Below, in pieces: positions 17,462 through 29,400 of a stretch of DNA of 64,000 nucleotides. Source of the DNA: a virus; the IMG/VR virus record IMGVR_UViG_3300047510_001751, positions 1 to 64,000 of that record, one strand, 5' to 3'. Positions within the stretch are counted from its first letter, which is position 1, and every line of letters begins with the position of its first letter. Under the pieces are notes generated by a model. That model was not told the DNA's origin. It saw nothing but the letters and a program-made list of their open reading frames with translations, and searched no databases. The position numbers were made by a program, and so were the translations under genes.

Positions 17462-18656
17462 AGTTTAGGTAAATCTGTGTAGCAACTACAGAAACTTTAG
17501 CTGGTTCTAAAGTTATTTTAGATGTCTCAGCAAAAGAAATTAATGCTTGGGTTTGAGTTAATTCAATGGCTCCTAATTTACTACCAACATTAACTTTAAA
17601 TTCTTTTTCATCTAAAGTCATTTTACTGACTTGACCAGCAGCTTCAAATTTATATCCACCTGTAGTAGTAGACATCTCAACTTTACCACCGCTAGAAACT
17701 TTATACGTAGCAATTTCTGGTGTTGGATTTGCTCCTATCTCAAGGACATAAGACTCTTGTTGAGTGCTTTCCCGAATTGAAGTTCCTGTGATAACAGTCT
17801 TTTGTTTTCCTATAGTTTTTTCCGATAGGTTTCCTTTTACTTCCCTAGCATAGTCAAGATCTACGTTCAAAGAGTAATTTTTGTTTACGATTTGTTTGTA
17901 ATCTCCTGTCACACCTAGTTCATAATTACCATTTACAGTATAATTAATACTACCTGGAGTAGAAACAGATGTGACAGCGTTAGGATTATACTGTTCAATT
18001 TGTACTTCACCTGCCCCTTTGGAATATTCTCCGCCGCTTAAATTTTTCTCAAAGAAACTAGTGTTTAGATTAAAAGTTCCCCCAAACATGTTAATTCTGC
18101 CTCCTTCTTTACCAGCAGAAATGTTTATGTCTTTTCCTGAAGTTAAATTTAATGTGCTCGAAGCATTTAATGTAATATTTTCTCCTTTTATTACAGCTTC
18201 TCCGCCAATACATTCAATGAGAACATCACCATATACTTTCAAAGAATATGCTGGTAGTTTTGTTTCGTCTATTCCACCTTTACTATTAGTTTCTTTTTTT
18301 AAAGATCCATCATCTGGTCTTCCCTCAACTTCAATGGCAACAGACTTTGTTTTTTGTAGTTGGGATTCAGATTTCATGATAAGTTTTCCACCACAGCCAC
18401 TTTGAGATGGAGAACCAGTGCCAAAAATTATATTTCCTTGGTTATCAATATGGAAAGCAGATTTTCCATCAGTAATAGCAAATCCAGAAGAGCCATCTTC
18501 TGGAAAAGTATAGGTAGTTAGAGTCCATTTGCCAAGAATATAAGAATAATCTGGAATAGGACCTTCACCATAGCTAACAGATAAATCCCCAGTTGAATTA
18601 GGAACTGTACCTTTAGTTACATCTGGATTTGAAGCTGGTTTGTTAGTTACAGACAT
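17460..18656 (-). CDS. gp5 C-terminal-like beta-helix spike protein
   Basis: TAATG coupling to gp5; C-terminal ~8-residue V-x-G-type repeats (YELGVTGDYKQIVNKNYSLNVDLDYAREVKGNLSEKTIG). Confidence 0.55.
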   Translation of the reverse strand: MSVTNKPASNPDVTKGTVPNSTGDLSVSYGEGPIPDYSYILGKWTLTTYTFPEDGSSGFAITDGKSAFHIDNQGNIIFGTGSPSQSGCGGKLIMKSESQLQKTKSVAIEVEGRPDDGSLKKETNSKGGIDETKLPAYSLKVYGDVLIECIGGEAVIKGENITLNASSTLNLTSGKDINISAGKEGGRINMFGGTFNLNTSFFEKNLSGGEYSKGAGEVQIEQYNPNAVTSVSTPGSINYTVNGNYELGVTGDYKQIVNKNYSLNVDLDYAREVKGNLSEKTIGKQKTVITGTSIRESTQQESYVLEIGANPTPEIATYKVSSGGKVEMSTTTGGYKFEAAGQVSKMTLDEKEFKVNVGSKLGAIELTQTQALISFAETSKITLEPAKVSVVATQIYLN

Positions 18657-21600
18657 TATGGACAATCAATATATTTACCTGTTCCGATCTTGGTGTATCC
18701 TCTGGTCTCAAGTTCAACTTTATCTAGACAATTTAGACTTGGTAATACTCTAGCACCAGCACCTCCACCACCTCTAATTATAATACTAGGAATGTTCTTA
18801 AATGTTTTTGTTCTATCTAAAACTTCGACACTAAAAACGTATCCCAATTCATTTATTCTAGCTCTAGCAATTCCTTGCTCTCCATTGATAAACACATCAG
18901 GCTCAGAAGTATATCCTCTTCCTGGATTTAATAGTGTATATGAATCAATTACACAAGTTAAATTTTGGTTATCTGGATTATTTTTAACGTATCCTCTTCC
19001 AGTTCTAGTAACTCTAATTTCACTAACGTAGCCATTTTCATCCAATAAAGCTATGGCAGAAGCTCCGTAACCTTTACCACGTACAATAACTCTAGGTGGT
19101 TTTTGATATGGGCAACCCCTTCTACTGATTGGTATGCTTATGATTGCTCCAGAGTCATTTGTTACAGGAACACCAGCAGTTGGCGGATTGATACATGGGA
19201 CCAATGGTGTTATAATGACTGGTTCATCTTCTATAATGTCACCAAGTACAATAATTTGAGCTGATGCTCCAGTTCCATTAATAATAAATGTAATTGTTTC
19301 ATTAGTTTCTATTTCCAAATCTTTATTAATGCCAACATAAATTTTTGCTGTGTTGTTGTAAATAACAAACGTTCCAAACAATTTACCGTTGATAATGTCG
19401 TTTGATTTCAATGAAGAACCGTATAGTACATATTGTAAATTAGTTCCATCAGGAACATTAGATGTAGTTACAGTAAATTCTGCCGTTTCTCCTTCCATAT
19501 ATTCTATTTTATCTGATTCGACAAAGAAAGATGGTGTAATGATAGTAACTTCTTCGTCTTCTGGTATAGGATCAGCAGAAATTATTACTGAAGTAGCATC
19601 ACCATTTTCAACGCCAACAATACTAAATGTCAATAACTCAGAATTTTCTATATCAGCATCTTTTGCTATTTGTACAAGAACTGTAGCAGCATTATTAACT
19701 ATAGTAAATGTTCCAGATAATTCATATTCAATAATATCAGTTTTTTCGATTTCTGGTCCAGATAATTCGTAATTAACTACTGTATTGTCTGGAACATTTA
19801 CTGATGTAATTGTATAAGTAATTGTTTCTCCTTCATCATAAACAATCTTATCAGACTCAACAAAATAATACGGATCTTCTGGAATATCATCCCCCAAAAT
19901 AGTGACAATAGCCGAAGCATTAGTGTTATCAATACTAAAGATAAGTCTTTCACTTGGGTCTGGAATGTCTTCATCAATTAAATTACCATCCTCATCTTCT
20001 ACTTGAGTAGAAAAATCATTATTAATTGTTGTTTTAATTTTAACCTCAGCAAAATTATTCACAACTGTAAACGATCCTGTTAATTGACCACCATCAACAT
20101 CATTTGAACTGATGTCTCCAGAAATTGTGTATGATAGCGTTACGTTATCAGACACATTTTGAGTTACTATATTAAAAGTTATTTCTTCTCCTTCAAAAAA
20201 AGAATTTCTATTTGGAATAACAGTATAAGTAGGAAGAGTGGGAAGAATTGTATTTAAAGTTGTCTTAGTTTTGACAGGAGATGTAATAAAATTAGCGGGT
20301 GGGTTTAAAATAGTAGTTGATTGCGTTGATGTAATCTCTCCAATGCCAGTAGGTAATTCACTAATTGGATCTTTAATAGCATTCAAATCATAATTTAAAA
20401 TTTCACATACAAAAATTTTCCCATCAGGGAACGAAACTACAGATCCTTCTGGAGTTGTACCTTCAGAAAGTTTTATTTGAAATGTTTCAACATTTTCATC
20501 TATATCATCAGCTAAAGTTTTAAACACCAAAGTTTTTTCTGATTCTCCTGGAGCAAAACCTAATGTTCCTCCATTAGTAGGTTTGATAAAATCAATTCCT
20601 TCTGTTGCAGATCCATTAATTACTTGATATTTGACGCTAGAAGACACTAAAGTGTTTCCTTCTCGAAAAATTGTGAACGTAGCGTTCTTTCCTTCTACTA
20701 CCTGAACATCACTTGATCGATAAACAAAAATATTTTCGAGACTTGCTACATCAGAATCAACTGGAACATCTTCTGCTGGTTCAAAAATACCACCAACAAA
20801 TACGATACTAGTTTCTTCATCTTCTGTAGATTCTTTTGATTCATCACAAATGGAAGATCCAGCTAAAGGACCATCTTCTAATTGCTCGATTAATTTATCT
20901 AACCAATCTTCTGTATCTTCTGTACCACAATCAGTACATTCTTTCGTTACCTTTTCACACTGTGTGGAAGGACCATCACAACTAATACCAAGTAAACTAA
21001 AAACTTCATTGATAGCTGATCCGATTACATTAAGTGGGTCTGCTAAAGTATCTAAGAAATCTTGTAAAGGTCCCAATACTGTACTTAAAATTTCTTCTAG
21101 TCCATTTAAAATTTCGTTAATAATAGACTCTACTACAGCATCAATTAAACATGTAACAGCATTAAATGCTTCCATGAAAATATCTAATAATAAATCAGTA
21201 AGCCACTGTGCTAGAGTGTCTGTAAAATCAGCCATCTCACAGCCAAGGTCATCAAGAATTTCATTGATTACATCTAGTACTGGCTTTAATCTGCTTTCTT
21301 TTTTAGTAATTGGTTGGAAAGGTTCCACACCAAGATCAGGAGCTACTGGTCCAGTGTTAACATTCCCAAGCTCATCTGTAGTTGGAACATCAGCAATCAA
21401 TGTGACTTCCACTAAACCATCAATACCTTCTCTAACTACATTGACAACTTCTCCTTTTGCTCGGGAAACAAAACTGGATACAAGTCTTGTTGCTTTGTTA
21501 ACGTAAGTTCTGGCGATTGATTCGTAATTACTTAACTCTCCGTTAATCTGACTGACATAATAATCTCCAAGCTGACCACCAGATTGTTGATTGGCTGCCA

Positions 21601-22294
21601 GCATTTCAGATAAAATATTTGTTAACCCTCCAGACAAATCAGATTCTGATCCACATTTTGGATTAGCGATTTCCACACATACTTTTGCTCCAGTTGGGTT
21701 TGTAGCAGTGTTTTCAGCAAATAAAGCATAGAAACTTGCTGGGGCTTTTCCAGGTACAGCGGCAGCAATTAATCCAGTTTGCCCAGGTTTAGTATATTTT
21801 GAATCGTCAGCTTCAGCTTCACCACCATCTTTCTTTTTTTCTGGTAGAGGTTCGTGCTTGTAAGGATTTCTTTCTGGATCAAAATATGTCGTAAAAGATT
21901 TACATGTTCCAGATGGATTAGGATCTTTCTCATAATTTTCTATTAGCGTGGACCCAGCTGTATGTCCAATTGATCCCATGATAATTGGTTTTTGTTTATC
22001 AGCATCTAAGTAAAAACCAATTACCCAATTACCTTGTCTTAAGTCTACAGAAGCTCCAGTTGTACCACCATCGGTAAATGGTGTAGTGACTGGCATCATT
22101 ACGTTTGCCCATGGCAATTCATTAGTAGGTGTAGCATCACAGTCCTTCAGATGCTGACCTACAATTCTTACACGATACCTACCAGAATTTTTTGGATCAT
22201 CGTTTTTGTTTGATTCAACTTGTCCAACCCACCAGTTAAATCCATCAGAACCTATTTGATTTATTGGAAACAAAGATGATAATACTGGATCCAT
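18656..22294 (-). CDS. gp5: Baseplate hub/spike protein gp5-like (N-terminal OB fold, Calx-beta/Ig-like repeats)
   Basis: DGFNWWVGQVE...GRYRVRIVGQH...LPWANVMMP...VIGFYLD...PIIMGSI; no T4 lysozyme domain visible. Confidence 0.85.
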   Translation of the reverse strand: MDPVLSSLFPINQIGSDGFNWWVGQVESNKNDDPKNSGRYRVRIVGQHLKDCDATPTNELPWANVMMPVTTPFTDGGTTGASVDLRQGNWVIGFYLDADKQKPIIMGSIGHTAGSTLIENYEKDPNPSGTCKSFTTYFDPERNPYKHEPLPEKKKDGGEAEADDSKYTKPGQTGLIAAAVPGKAPASFYALFAENTATNPTGAKVCVEIANPKCGSESDLSGGLTNILSEMLAANQQSGGQLGDYYVSQINGELSNYESIARTYVNKATRLVSSFVSRAKGEVVNVVREGIDGLVEVTLIADVPTTDELGNVNTGPVAPDLGVEPFQPITKKESRLKPVLDVINEILDDLGCEMADFTDTLAQWLTDLLLDIFMEAFNAVTCLIDAVVESIINEILNGLEEILSTVLGPLQDFLDTLADPLNVIGSAINEVFSLLGISCDGPSTQCEKVTKECTDCGTEDTEDWLDKLIEQLEDGPLAGSSICDESKESTEDEETSIVFVGGIFEPAEDVPVDSDVASLENIFVYRSSDVQVVEGKNATFTIFREGNTLVSSSVKYQVINGSATEGIDFIKPTNGGTLGFAPGESEKTLVFKTLADDIDENVETFQIKLSEGTTPEGSVVSFPDGKIFVCEILNYDLNAIKDPISELPTGIGEITSTQSTTILNPPANFITSPVKTKTTLNTILPTLPTYTVIPNRNSFFEGEEITFNIVTQNVSDNVTLSYTISGDISSNDVDGGQLTGSFTVVNNFAEVKIKTTINNDFSTQVEDEDGNLIDEDIPDPSERLIFSIDNTNASAIVTILGDDIPEDPYYFVESDKIVYDEGETITYTITSVNVPDNTVVNYELSGPEIEKTDIIEYELSGTFTIVNNAATVLVQIAKDADIENSELLTFSIVGVENGDATSVIISADPIPEDEEVTIITPSFFVESDKIEYMEGETAEFTVTTSNVPDGTNLQYVLYGSSLKSNDIINGKLFGTFVIYNNTAKIYVGINKDLEIETNETITFIINGTGASAQIIVLGDIIEDEPVIITPLVPCINPPTAGVPVTNDSGAIISIPISRRGCPYQKPPRVIVRGKGYGASAIALLDENGYVSEIRVTRTGRGYVKNNPDNQNLTCVIDSYTLLNPGRGYTSEPDVFINGEQGIARARINELGYVFSVEVLDRTKTFKNIPSIIIRGGGGAGARVLPSLNCLDKVELETRGYTKIGTGKYIDCP

Positions 22295-22318
22295 ATCACA
22301 CAGGATTTTATATATTAT

Positions 22319-23728
22319 TTATTGTGTTTTAGAAGCATAATCTTTCATCCCATAAGAATCTCTAATTAGAGTGAGAAAAGTATAACATCTTCTTTTCTTT
22401 GGATCAAAAACATGATTGACTTCGGAAATTAAATATGTTCCGCTATGCTCGGGGTCATATTTTTCTGTAATTTTTTGTTCTTGGGTGACTTGGTTTGGAA
22501 TCATGATGTCAATAACATCCCCAACTTTAATAGCTGGTGATCCATTTAATTTAATTTTTACTTTCTGGTTTGTTAACGAATTTAATCTAGAAATAGATTG
22601 AGCCATGTAAAACTTTTGGTAATCTGGAAACTGAGTTGCTCCATTTTCTCCGTCTCTTTTTTCTGGAGAAGCAGAATCCTCCCCGTCATACCAAGTTTCG
22701 TGGTCTAACACCATACTCATAACACGAGTAGGATACTTAGATAATTCTTTCTGACCATAAGGCAATCCTTTTTGAGAGCCCAGATGCTTCATGCTTTCAT
22801 ATGATTTGTCGAGAGAATACACATATTCTTCATAGGCACCTGTACTATAATTGTAATAACAAATTACAGAAGAGAATGCTCCTGTTCTAAGCTTGTTAAG
22901 AATATCAATCTCGTTTAAGAAATCAATTGATAATATTTTTCTATCGGGTGAAGAATTTACATCAGCAGGTTCTTGAAAATATGTTCCAACTGATTTTTCT
23001 CCAGCACATAAAGTATCAATTGATTTAAAAACATATCCATCTTTATTTTCAAAGAAGAAATATCCAGCACTACCGTCCACACTACCGTAGTCAGAACTAT
23101 CTACTGGTTTTAAAGAAGAAACACTTTGATTACTTGATGTGGTGGTTTTTGATTCTTTATTTTCTGTAACTTTAGATGTGCTAGAATTTGCTACTGCTTT
23201 AGATTGAATACTATTGATGATAGAAAATGGAGATTTTTTTCCTGGGTTGAAAATAATATTAAATTTTGTTGATTCTTCTTCTAATTCTTTATCTGTCTTT
23301 AAGTAATCTTTTAAAAGAGTTTGAACAATTGTGTTTGGTTTGCCACTTAATGTTTTTGTAACACGGATACCTTCATTAAGCAATCCTTCATTAGATATTA
23401 ACCCAAGCGTATATGTTTGAAATCTTTCGGCACCAAATCTACTATAAATTTTATACACATTCATATCATAATCATATTGTTGATTGTCTGGTCCAATTAA
23501 ACTCACCTGTATTCGTTCGGTTCCTTGTATTGGCAACGATGATATAAGGTTAGCACCAGAATCAACCATCACTAAAGTTCCCGACACTACAGGAGATGTG
23601 ACACTTTCGAAGTAATCAAATCTTTGAACAAGATCTGTAATATCATAAGATTCGTTAGACTTAACACGATATATGACTACAGATTTAATTTGAAAACTTG
23701 AAGCATATGGTTTTATATTATCTGACAT
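22319..23728 (-). CDS. Baseplate hub protein (gp27-like, inferred)
   Basis: Position between tape-measure-like genes and gp5; YFFFENKDGYVFKSIDTL and SGTYLISEVNHVF hub-like motifs. Confidence 0.55.
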   Translation of the reverse strand: MSDNIKPYASSFQIKSVVIYRVKSNESYDITDLVQRFDYFESVTSPVVSGTLVMVDSGANLISSLPIQGTERIQVSLIGPDNQQYDYDMNVYKIYSRFGAERFQTYTLGLISNEGLLNEGIRVTKTLSGKPNTIVQTLLKDYLKTDKELEEESTKFNIIFNPGKKSPFSIINSIQSKAVANSSTSKVTENKESKTTTSSNQSVSSLKPVDSSDYGSVDGSAGYFFFENKDGYVFKSIDTLCAGEKSVGTYFQEPADVNSSPDRKILSIDFLNEIDILNKLRTGAFSSVICYYNYSTGAYEEYVYSLDKSYESMKHLGSQKGLPYGQKELSKYPTRVMSMVLDHETWYDGEDSASPEKRDGENGATQFPDYQKFYMAQSISRLNSLTNQKVKIKLNGSPAIKVGDVIDIMIPNQVTQEQKITEKYDPEHSGTYLISEVNHVFDPKKRRCYTFLTLIRDSYGMKDYASKTQ

Positions 23729-26400
23729 TAACCAATACCTAACGAGAATGGACTATTATAAAAATCTTGAGTAGGATTTCTGCCAGATTCTATGCCCATT
23801 TCTCCGCTTGGAGGAGGAGCAGAACCAGCAGAAGCAATTTGTTGCCCACCACCTGTATTTAATACAGTTATTCCTCCGCCAACAGATTTATTTGAAGAAG
23901 AAGAAGGAGTAATTGAACTTATTCGATTTGCTCTTTCTGTTGCTCTATCTAAAGCCTGATCAAATTGATTTCTATTACTTTGTCTAATTATATCAGGATC
24001 TCCCCCATTTGTAGATGTAAAATATTCTACAATTGATTTGCCCTGTGGTTTAGACATGTCAAGTTTTGTTGCCCCATCATAAAAATCAAATCCAACTGTT
24101 GTCTTATGTGCTTTAATTTCTCCATATTCGGGATGATTAAAAATTCTTTCTTGGCCTACTTTAAGACCATAATTACTTGTTATTGCTTGTCCAAGTTGTG
24201 CTGCTGGCGATGATGGGGGTGGAGTATTAGCTACAGTTTCATACTTTTTCAAATGTTCTGTATATCTTTTTGCCGCCTCTGGAGTATGAACATTTGGTTG
24301 ACTACCTCCAGGTAATGAAGGCCATCCTAGATCTTTAGATAATTTAGGGAACACTTGAGTTTCTAACTGCCCCGATTTCAATGCGTTAACCAAGCCCGCT
24401 TCTCCTCCTTCACCTCCACCAGCATTCCAAACAGAAGTCATAAAAGTTCTCATAATTTTAGTTTGATTTTCCATGCTAAATTTATCTTTTGTTGGATCTA
24501 AACCAGCATTAACTGCTCTTTCTCTTAGGTAAGAAGAATGAAATTGAAATGCTCCTAAAGCACCAGTCGATGAACCATTACCAATATATGATTTAGCTTT
24601 AGATATAGCATCATCAATAGTCATGTCAGAAAGTCCCTGTACTTCACCAATTCCTTGAACGGAATTAGGACCACCTTCTCCACCAGATATAGTTTGCATT
24701 AACGCTTTAATTTCTGCTGGAGCATCTCCTGGAAGCAAGCTCCCATCTCCACTTCCTGGTCCTGGTCCTGGTCCTGGTGTTTTGTTTATACTATCACCAA
24801 GTTTTTCAAGTAATTTCCCAAACCCATCAGTTAATTTGGCAAATAAATTTTTCTTAGACTCACCAGTTTCTTCTTCTGCTCCTTGTTCTTTTTTTGTTGA
24901 CACTGATTTTTTAGTTGCGCTTACTATGGATGGAGGCAATCCAAACACTCCAGCAATTGGTCTCGCCACTCTTTCTATTTCTGGATTGATGTTAGCTCCT
25001 TCCCCACCAAGACGCTGCATGTAATATGTGGTGGCGGCAAGAATACTGCCACCAGCAGCCATCATTGGTAGTGACATTACATCAACCATTGATTGAGATA
25101 GTTTTGATGCTTCGGTAGTGCCACCTCCAGCAGTACCAATGATATTTTTTGTGGTATTAAATCCAAATTTAGATGTTATGGGGGCGGCATTTACTGTAGT
25201 ATTTGTTCCTGTTTCATAAGTAGGAAAGTTGTTGAATGTATTAGATGATACAGGCGAAATATTATTGAATGTATTAGATGTTTTAGTTGTGCCCATTTCA
25301 TACTTGGGCGTAGAATTTATAGTCTTTTGATTAACAATAGACTCTGTTGGTTTTGGTCTTACTTTGCCATCAATAGCACTAGGTTCCCCTTGAGTATAGT
25401 TGTTATCTAAGGGAACTACAGCTTCATTACCATGTAATTCTACCATGTATCCACTATCAGGACCAGAAAATACAGCGCCTGTTTCTGCTTTAGGGATATC
25501 ATCTCTGTCATAAGCAGACATCTGCTGAAACTCTATGTCCTGAGCAGATGTTGCTGGTATTTTACTTTCGTCTTCTTTAGTAAGAAGGTTATCAAAATTA
25601 ACTATACTAGCAGCATCTTTTTGTTTTTCTAATTTAGTTTCTGTTTCTTTAGTTTCGGCTTTATCTACAGCTTGCTTTTGAAACTCCGTTTGATTTGAAA
25701 GAGCATTGATAATTTTTTGTAATTTATCATCTAAAGAATTAGCATTAGCTTTCAATTGCTGGTGCATCATTCCCTGTAGTACAGAAGAATGAATCATCTG
25801 GTCAGCAACTACTTTATTTTTTTCAGCAATAGATTCAGCAACTTTTTGTATTGATTCAGTGATTGCTCCAAGAGAATCTAAGATGTCTTCTTTACTTACT
25901 CGCTGTTTTTTATTGACGGCTTTCTGTGTTTTCTTTGCTGTAGTTGGATCCACCCACTTGCTCTTTGGTCTGAGCATTGGATCATCTACAAAGCCCTCAT
26001 AAAGTGGTTTAAATTTATCTCTAAATGTTTTTGCTTTATCTCCTGTATTAAACATGTCAAAAAGAACTTGAGTTCTTTCAAACTTATCAAGTTTATTCCT
26101 TCCTGACTTACCAGTGATGGCTGACTTCAGCATACCACCACGATTTTTCCATGTTTTTAATTGAGAAAGTTTCTTTTGTTTATATTCTCCCCCAAATTTC
26201 CAACGTAAAGCCTTCTTGAAGAAGTATCCTCTTTGAATTCCAGATTCTTCGAGAGAAGTTTGATATTTTTCAGCCTGAGCTTCAGCATACTTTCTTTCAT
26301 CTTCGGCAAGCTTTCTTGCTTCGAGTATCCTACTGATAACCATACCAATATGATTGGTATCCTCTCTTGTATCAGTAAAGCCTACTGTTCCTGCTGACAT
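23728..26400 (-). CDS. Tape-measure-like protein with lysozyme-like domain
   Basis: Coiled-coil N-half; ELHGNEAVVP; LMQTISGGEG...TGALGAFQF lytic-transglycosylase-like motif. Confidence 0.55.
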   Translation of the reverse strand: MSAGTVGFTDTREDTNHIGMVISRILEARKLAEDERKYAEAQAEKYQTSLEESGIQRGYFFKKALRWKFGGEYKQKKLSQLKTWKNRGGMLKSAITGKSGRNKLDKFERTQVLFDMFNTGDKAKTFRDKFKPLYEGFVDDPMLRPKSKWVDPTTAKKTQKAVNKKQRVSKEDILDSLGAITESIQKVAESIAEKNKVVADQMIHSSVLQGMMHQQLKANANSLDDKLQKIINALSNQTEFQKQAVDKAETKETETKLEKQKDAASIVNFDNLLTKEDESKIPATSAQDIEFQQMSAYDRDDIPKAETGAVFSGPDSGYMVELHGNEAVVPLDNNYTQGEPSAIDGKVRPKPTESIVNQKTINSTPKYEMGTTKTSNTFNNISPVSSNTFNNFPTYETGTNTTVNAAPITSKFGFNTTKNIIGTAGGGTTEASKLSQSMVDVMSLPMMAAGGSILAATTYYMQRLGGEGANINPEIERVARPIAGVFGLPPSIVSATKKSVSTKKEQGAEEETGESKKNLFAKLTDGFGKLLEKLGDSINKTPGPGPGPGSGDGSLLPGDAPAEIKALMQTISGGEGGPNSVQGIGEVQGLSDMTIDDAISKAKSYIGNGSSTGALGAFQFHSSYLRERAVNAGLDPTKDKFSMENQTKIMRTFMTSVWNAGGGEGGEAGLVNALKSGQLETQVFPKLSKDLGWPSLPGGSQPNVHTPEAAKRYTEHLKKYETVANTPPPSSPAAQLGQAITSNYGLKVGQERIFNHPEYGEIKAHKTTVGFDFYDGATKLDMSKPQGKSIVEYFTSTNGGDPDIIRQSNRNQFDQALDRATERANRISSITPSSSSNKSVGGGITVLNTGGGQQIASAGSAPPPSGEMGIESGRNPTQDFYNSPFSLGIG

Positions 26401-26432
26401 TATACTTACCTGCTATCCTGCTATTTATTTTG

Positions 26433-29400
26433 CTATGCTGTTAATCTTTGAAGTAGCAAATCCTTCATCAATTCTGAAGAGGTTTTACCTGGAGAATTAA
26501 ACATCATTGGCGGTTGGCTAGCTGGCATAGTTGGCATTTGTGGTTGTTGATTATTAATAATCATCATGTCATTTGTTGACTGTTCTTCTTGTGAAGATAA
26601 TTGTTCTATTTGAGCAATTGTATTTTGTTGAGATTGGGAAGCTGGAGAAATAAAATTATTATAAGTTGGCGAATTTAAATTTGTTACTGACGCCATTAAA
26701 TTGTTAGGTGCTGCCGAGAACTGAGAAGTAGATGACACCGCCTGAGCTGGTGGGGTAGCAGTGGCAGAGGGAGTGGGCTGTGGTTGCTGAGGTTTAGCTA
26801 TTGTTGATGGTATTTTTCCTCCTTTAGGTAATGCTATATCAGTTCTACCATGAATCAATTTTAATATCTCCACACCATCTTTGACCATGGACATACCAGC
26901 ACCTGCCCCACCACCAGAAAAATATCTAGTTTCTGCTCCTTCAATGACGGGAGCAAGCATAGAAGTATTTTCTACAGAACTTCCAAATCTATCTCCCGAC
27001 TTTACTGGAGTATAAAAATCAATAGCATTTCTTCCAGTGCCTCCATTTCTAGCACGATGGGCAGCTTCAGCATCTGTAATCCACTTATTTTGTTCGTCCT
27101 TGGTTCCGTTCACAGGGAAAATTCTGCCACCAACGCCAGCATTGCTAAGTTCCATTTTCCTACCAACTCTATCATAAGCTACAGCCATTTGTAATATTAA
27201 TTTTCTCTTGTCTTCCATGCTAACGTTAGGTCCAAAAGAAAGGTCTTGGTGGAAGTCAGCACTTCCTCCAATAACTCCGCTTGGTCCTGTTTTTAAACCA
27301 GTGTCAAAGGCACCATCGCCAATAAGATTGAGGTCCATTCCGCCTCCTCCTCCGCCTCCTCCACCTCCACCAGGACCACCAGTGTTGAGATTTTTCAATA
27401 AATTTTCTAACTTTCCTTCTGGGTCGATCATACTCAGAAGTCTTTCGGCAAATAAATCCTCATTTTGGGTGTCAAGTAATTCTTTTTCTTTTCCAGTAAA
27501 TTCTTCTTCAGCAGATCCTGTTCTTTTTTCTTTAACTTTCTTCAATTCTTTATCAAGTTGTGGCAAAGACCCCCCAACATTAGTTTGAGTAACAGTTGAT
27601 GGAATATCATACTCTTTAGCCATCTGCCCAGCAATACCTTTAAATGTTGGAGCAATTGGTGCCGCTACAGCGCCAGCAGAATTAATGTATTGTGATGTGG
27701 CAGCTAACATAACACCACCAAGAGTGCTCATTGGAGACATATCCAACGGAGCATCTTTTTTAACAACAGCTTCAGTGCCGTGTAGTATTGCCGTGCCTGG
27801 TTTAGTTAATCCTGTGCCAGTTTCATGTGCTCCAGTAACTTTATCAGCTACAGCACCACCAGCCATTCCGCCACCAATTGATCCCACAAGGCCGCCTAGG
27901 ACGGCTCCAATAGCGGCACCAGGGGCAGCGCCAACACCGCCAAACCATACCCCTATAGCCGCTCCTAGAGCAGCTCCAGCCTTTGCTCCGACAGCACCAC
28001 CAGCAGCAGCACCAGCTAATCCTCCGCCAACTCCAGATAATGCTTGAACTTCGCTTTGCCCAGATTGTTTTCTATCAGCATATTCCAATCCAGCAAAAAC
28101 ATATCTAGCAGGACCAGCCATCCTGCCAACATTACCCATGCCACGAACTTTACTTAGAGCACCAACAGCTCGTTTTCCTTGGGTAGGAAGAATAGAAGTT
28201 ATTTTATTTGCTACCTTTGCTTGTGCTTTACCAGGAAGACGCTGTAATTTTCTTACTTTTTGCCTAGCATTTCTTACAGACTTAGGCAGTTTACGGTATA
28301 ATTTTCTAGTTAATCTAGACTTTAAATATTTTACAAGTTTATTTTCTCTTTTCTTTTTTTGTGGTCCTTTAGTTAAATCTTGATAATCAGAAATTCCAGC
28401 AGCATCTCGCTGTGCTTCGAGTTTATTTTCAGACGATTTAGATTCTAGTACTTCGCTTTGTTGTTGTGATATATTTGCCTGTGCTTCAAACTGTTGTAAT
28501 ATTAAACCAAATTTATCTTCAAGTATATTTGTTTGAGATGAAATTAATTCTCCTATTGCTAATTGAGTTTCGATAGAAGCTTTAATTAATTCATTTTGAT
28601 TTTCTAAGTTTTTATTTACAGTATCTAATGTTGCTTGAATTCTACCGAAGTTAACAACAATAGCATCAAATATTTTTTTGTTGCTTGTGTATGTGGATTC
28701 TTTTTTTGGCTTGTTTATTTTATCAAGTAGTTGCTCAAGTAGTTCTGGATCTACTTCATCCTGTAATAGTTCATCGGGTATATCATCTTCAGATCCAAAA
28801 TCCTCATCGTCTTCGTCTTCTCCAGCAGCATCTACAATCTCTTCTTCAATATTTTCTATTACCTGTTCATCATCTTGATCTTCTTTCTCGTCTTCTCTAA
28901 CTTCATTAAGTAAATCATCTAAATTACTACCATAAAGATCATCATAATCTTCGTCATCCATCTCCTCTTCATCTTCTTCTTCATCCTCATCTGGATCTTG
29001 ATAGTATCCATCATAGACTGGAGGAACAATTACTTCAGTTTCATCTGGTTTTAATTTTACTAACTGAAGAATAAGTTCAAGAATTTTAGCACGATATTCC
29101 TTAACCTCTTCATAATCATCACGAACATTTAAACCAGTAGCTAAGAATAACCACTGCCTAACAGCTACTTTATCTTGACTATCTTTATTATCGCCACCTA
29201 ACTTACCAGCAAAATAAATTGCTCTATCAATATCTGATTTAAATTCTAAATCATAAAGTCCATTCTGTCCCCACATGTAGCGGGTCTTGATGTGTTGTAG
29301 TTCTGAAAATAGTTCTGGATGGTTTACCTTTCTAGTAACCTTAGCTTTGAACTCTTCAATCCTTCTTTTATCTTCTGCTATGATGGCATCAATAGCATCC

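Noticed and set aside
18656-18665. Frameshift joining gp5 to the downstream needle gene
   Set aside because: Ordinary TAATG coupling supplies a start codon and there is no slippery heptamer.
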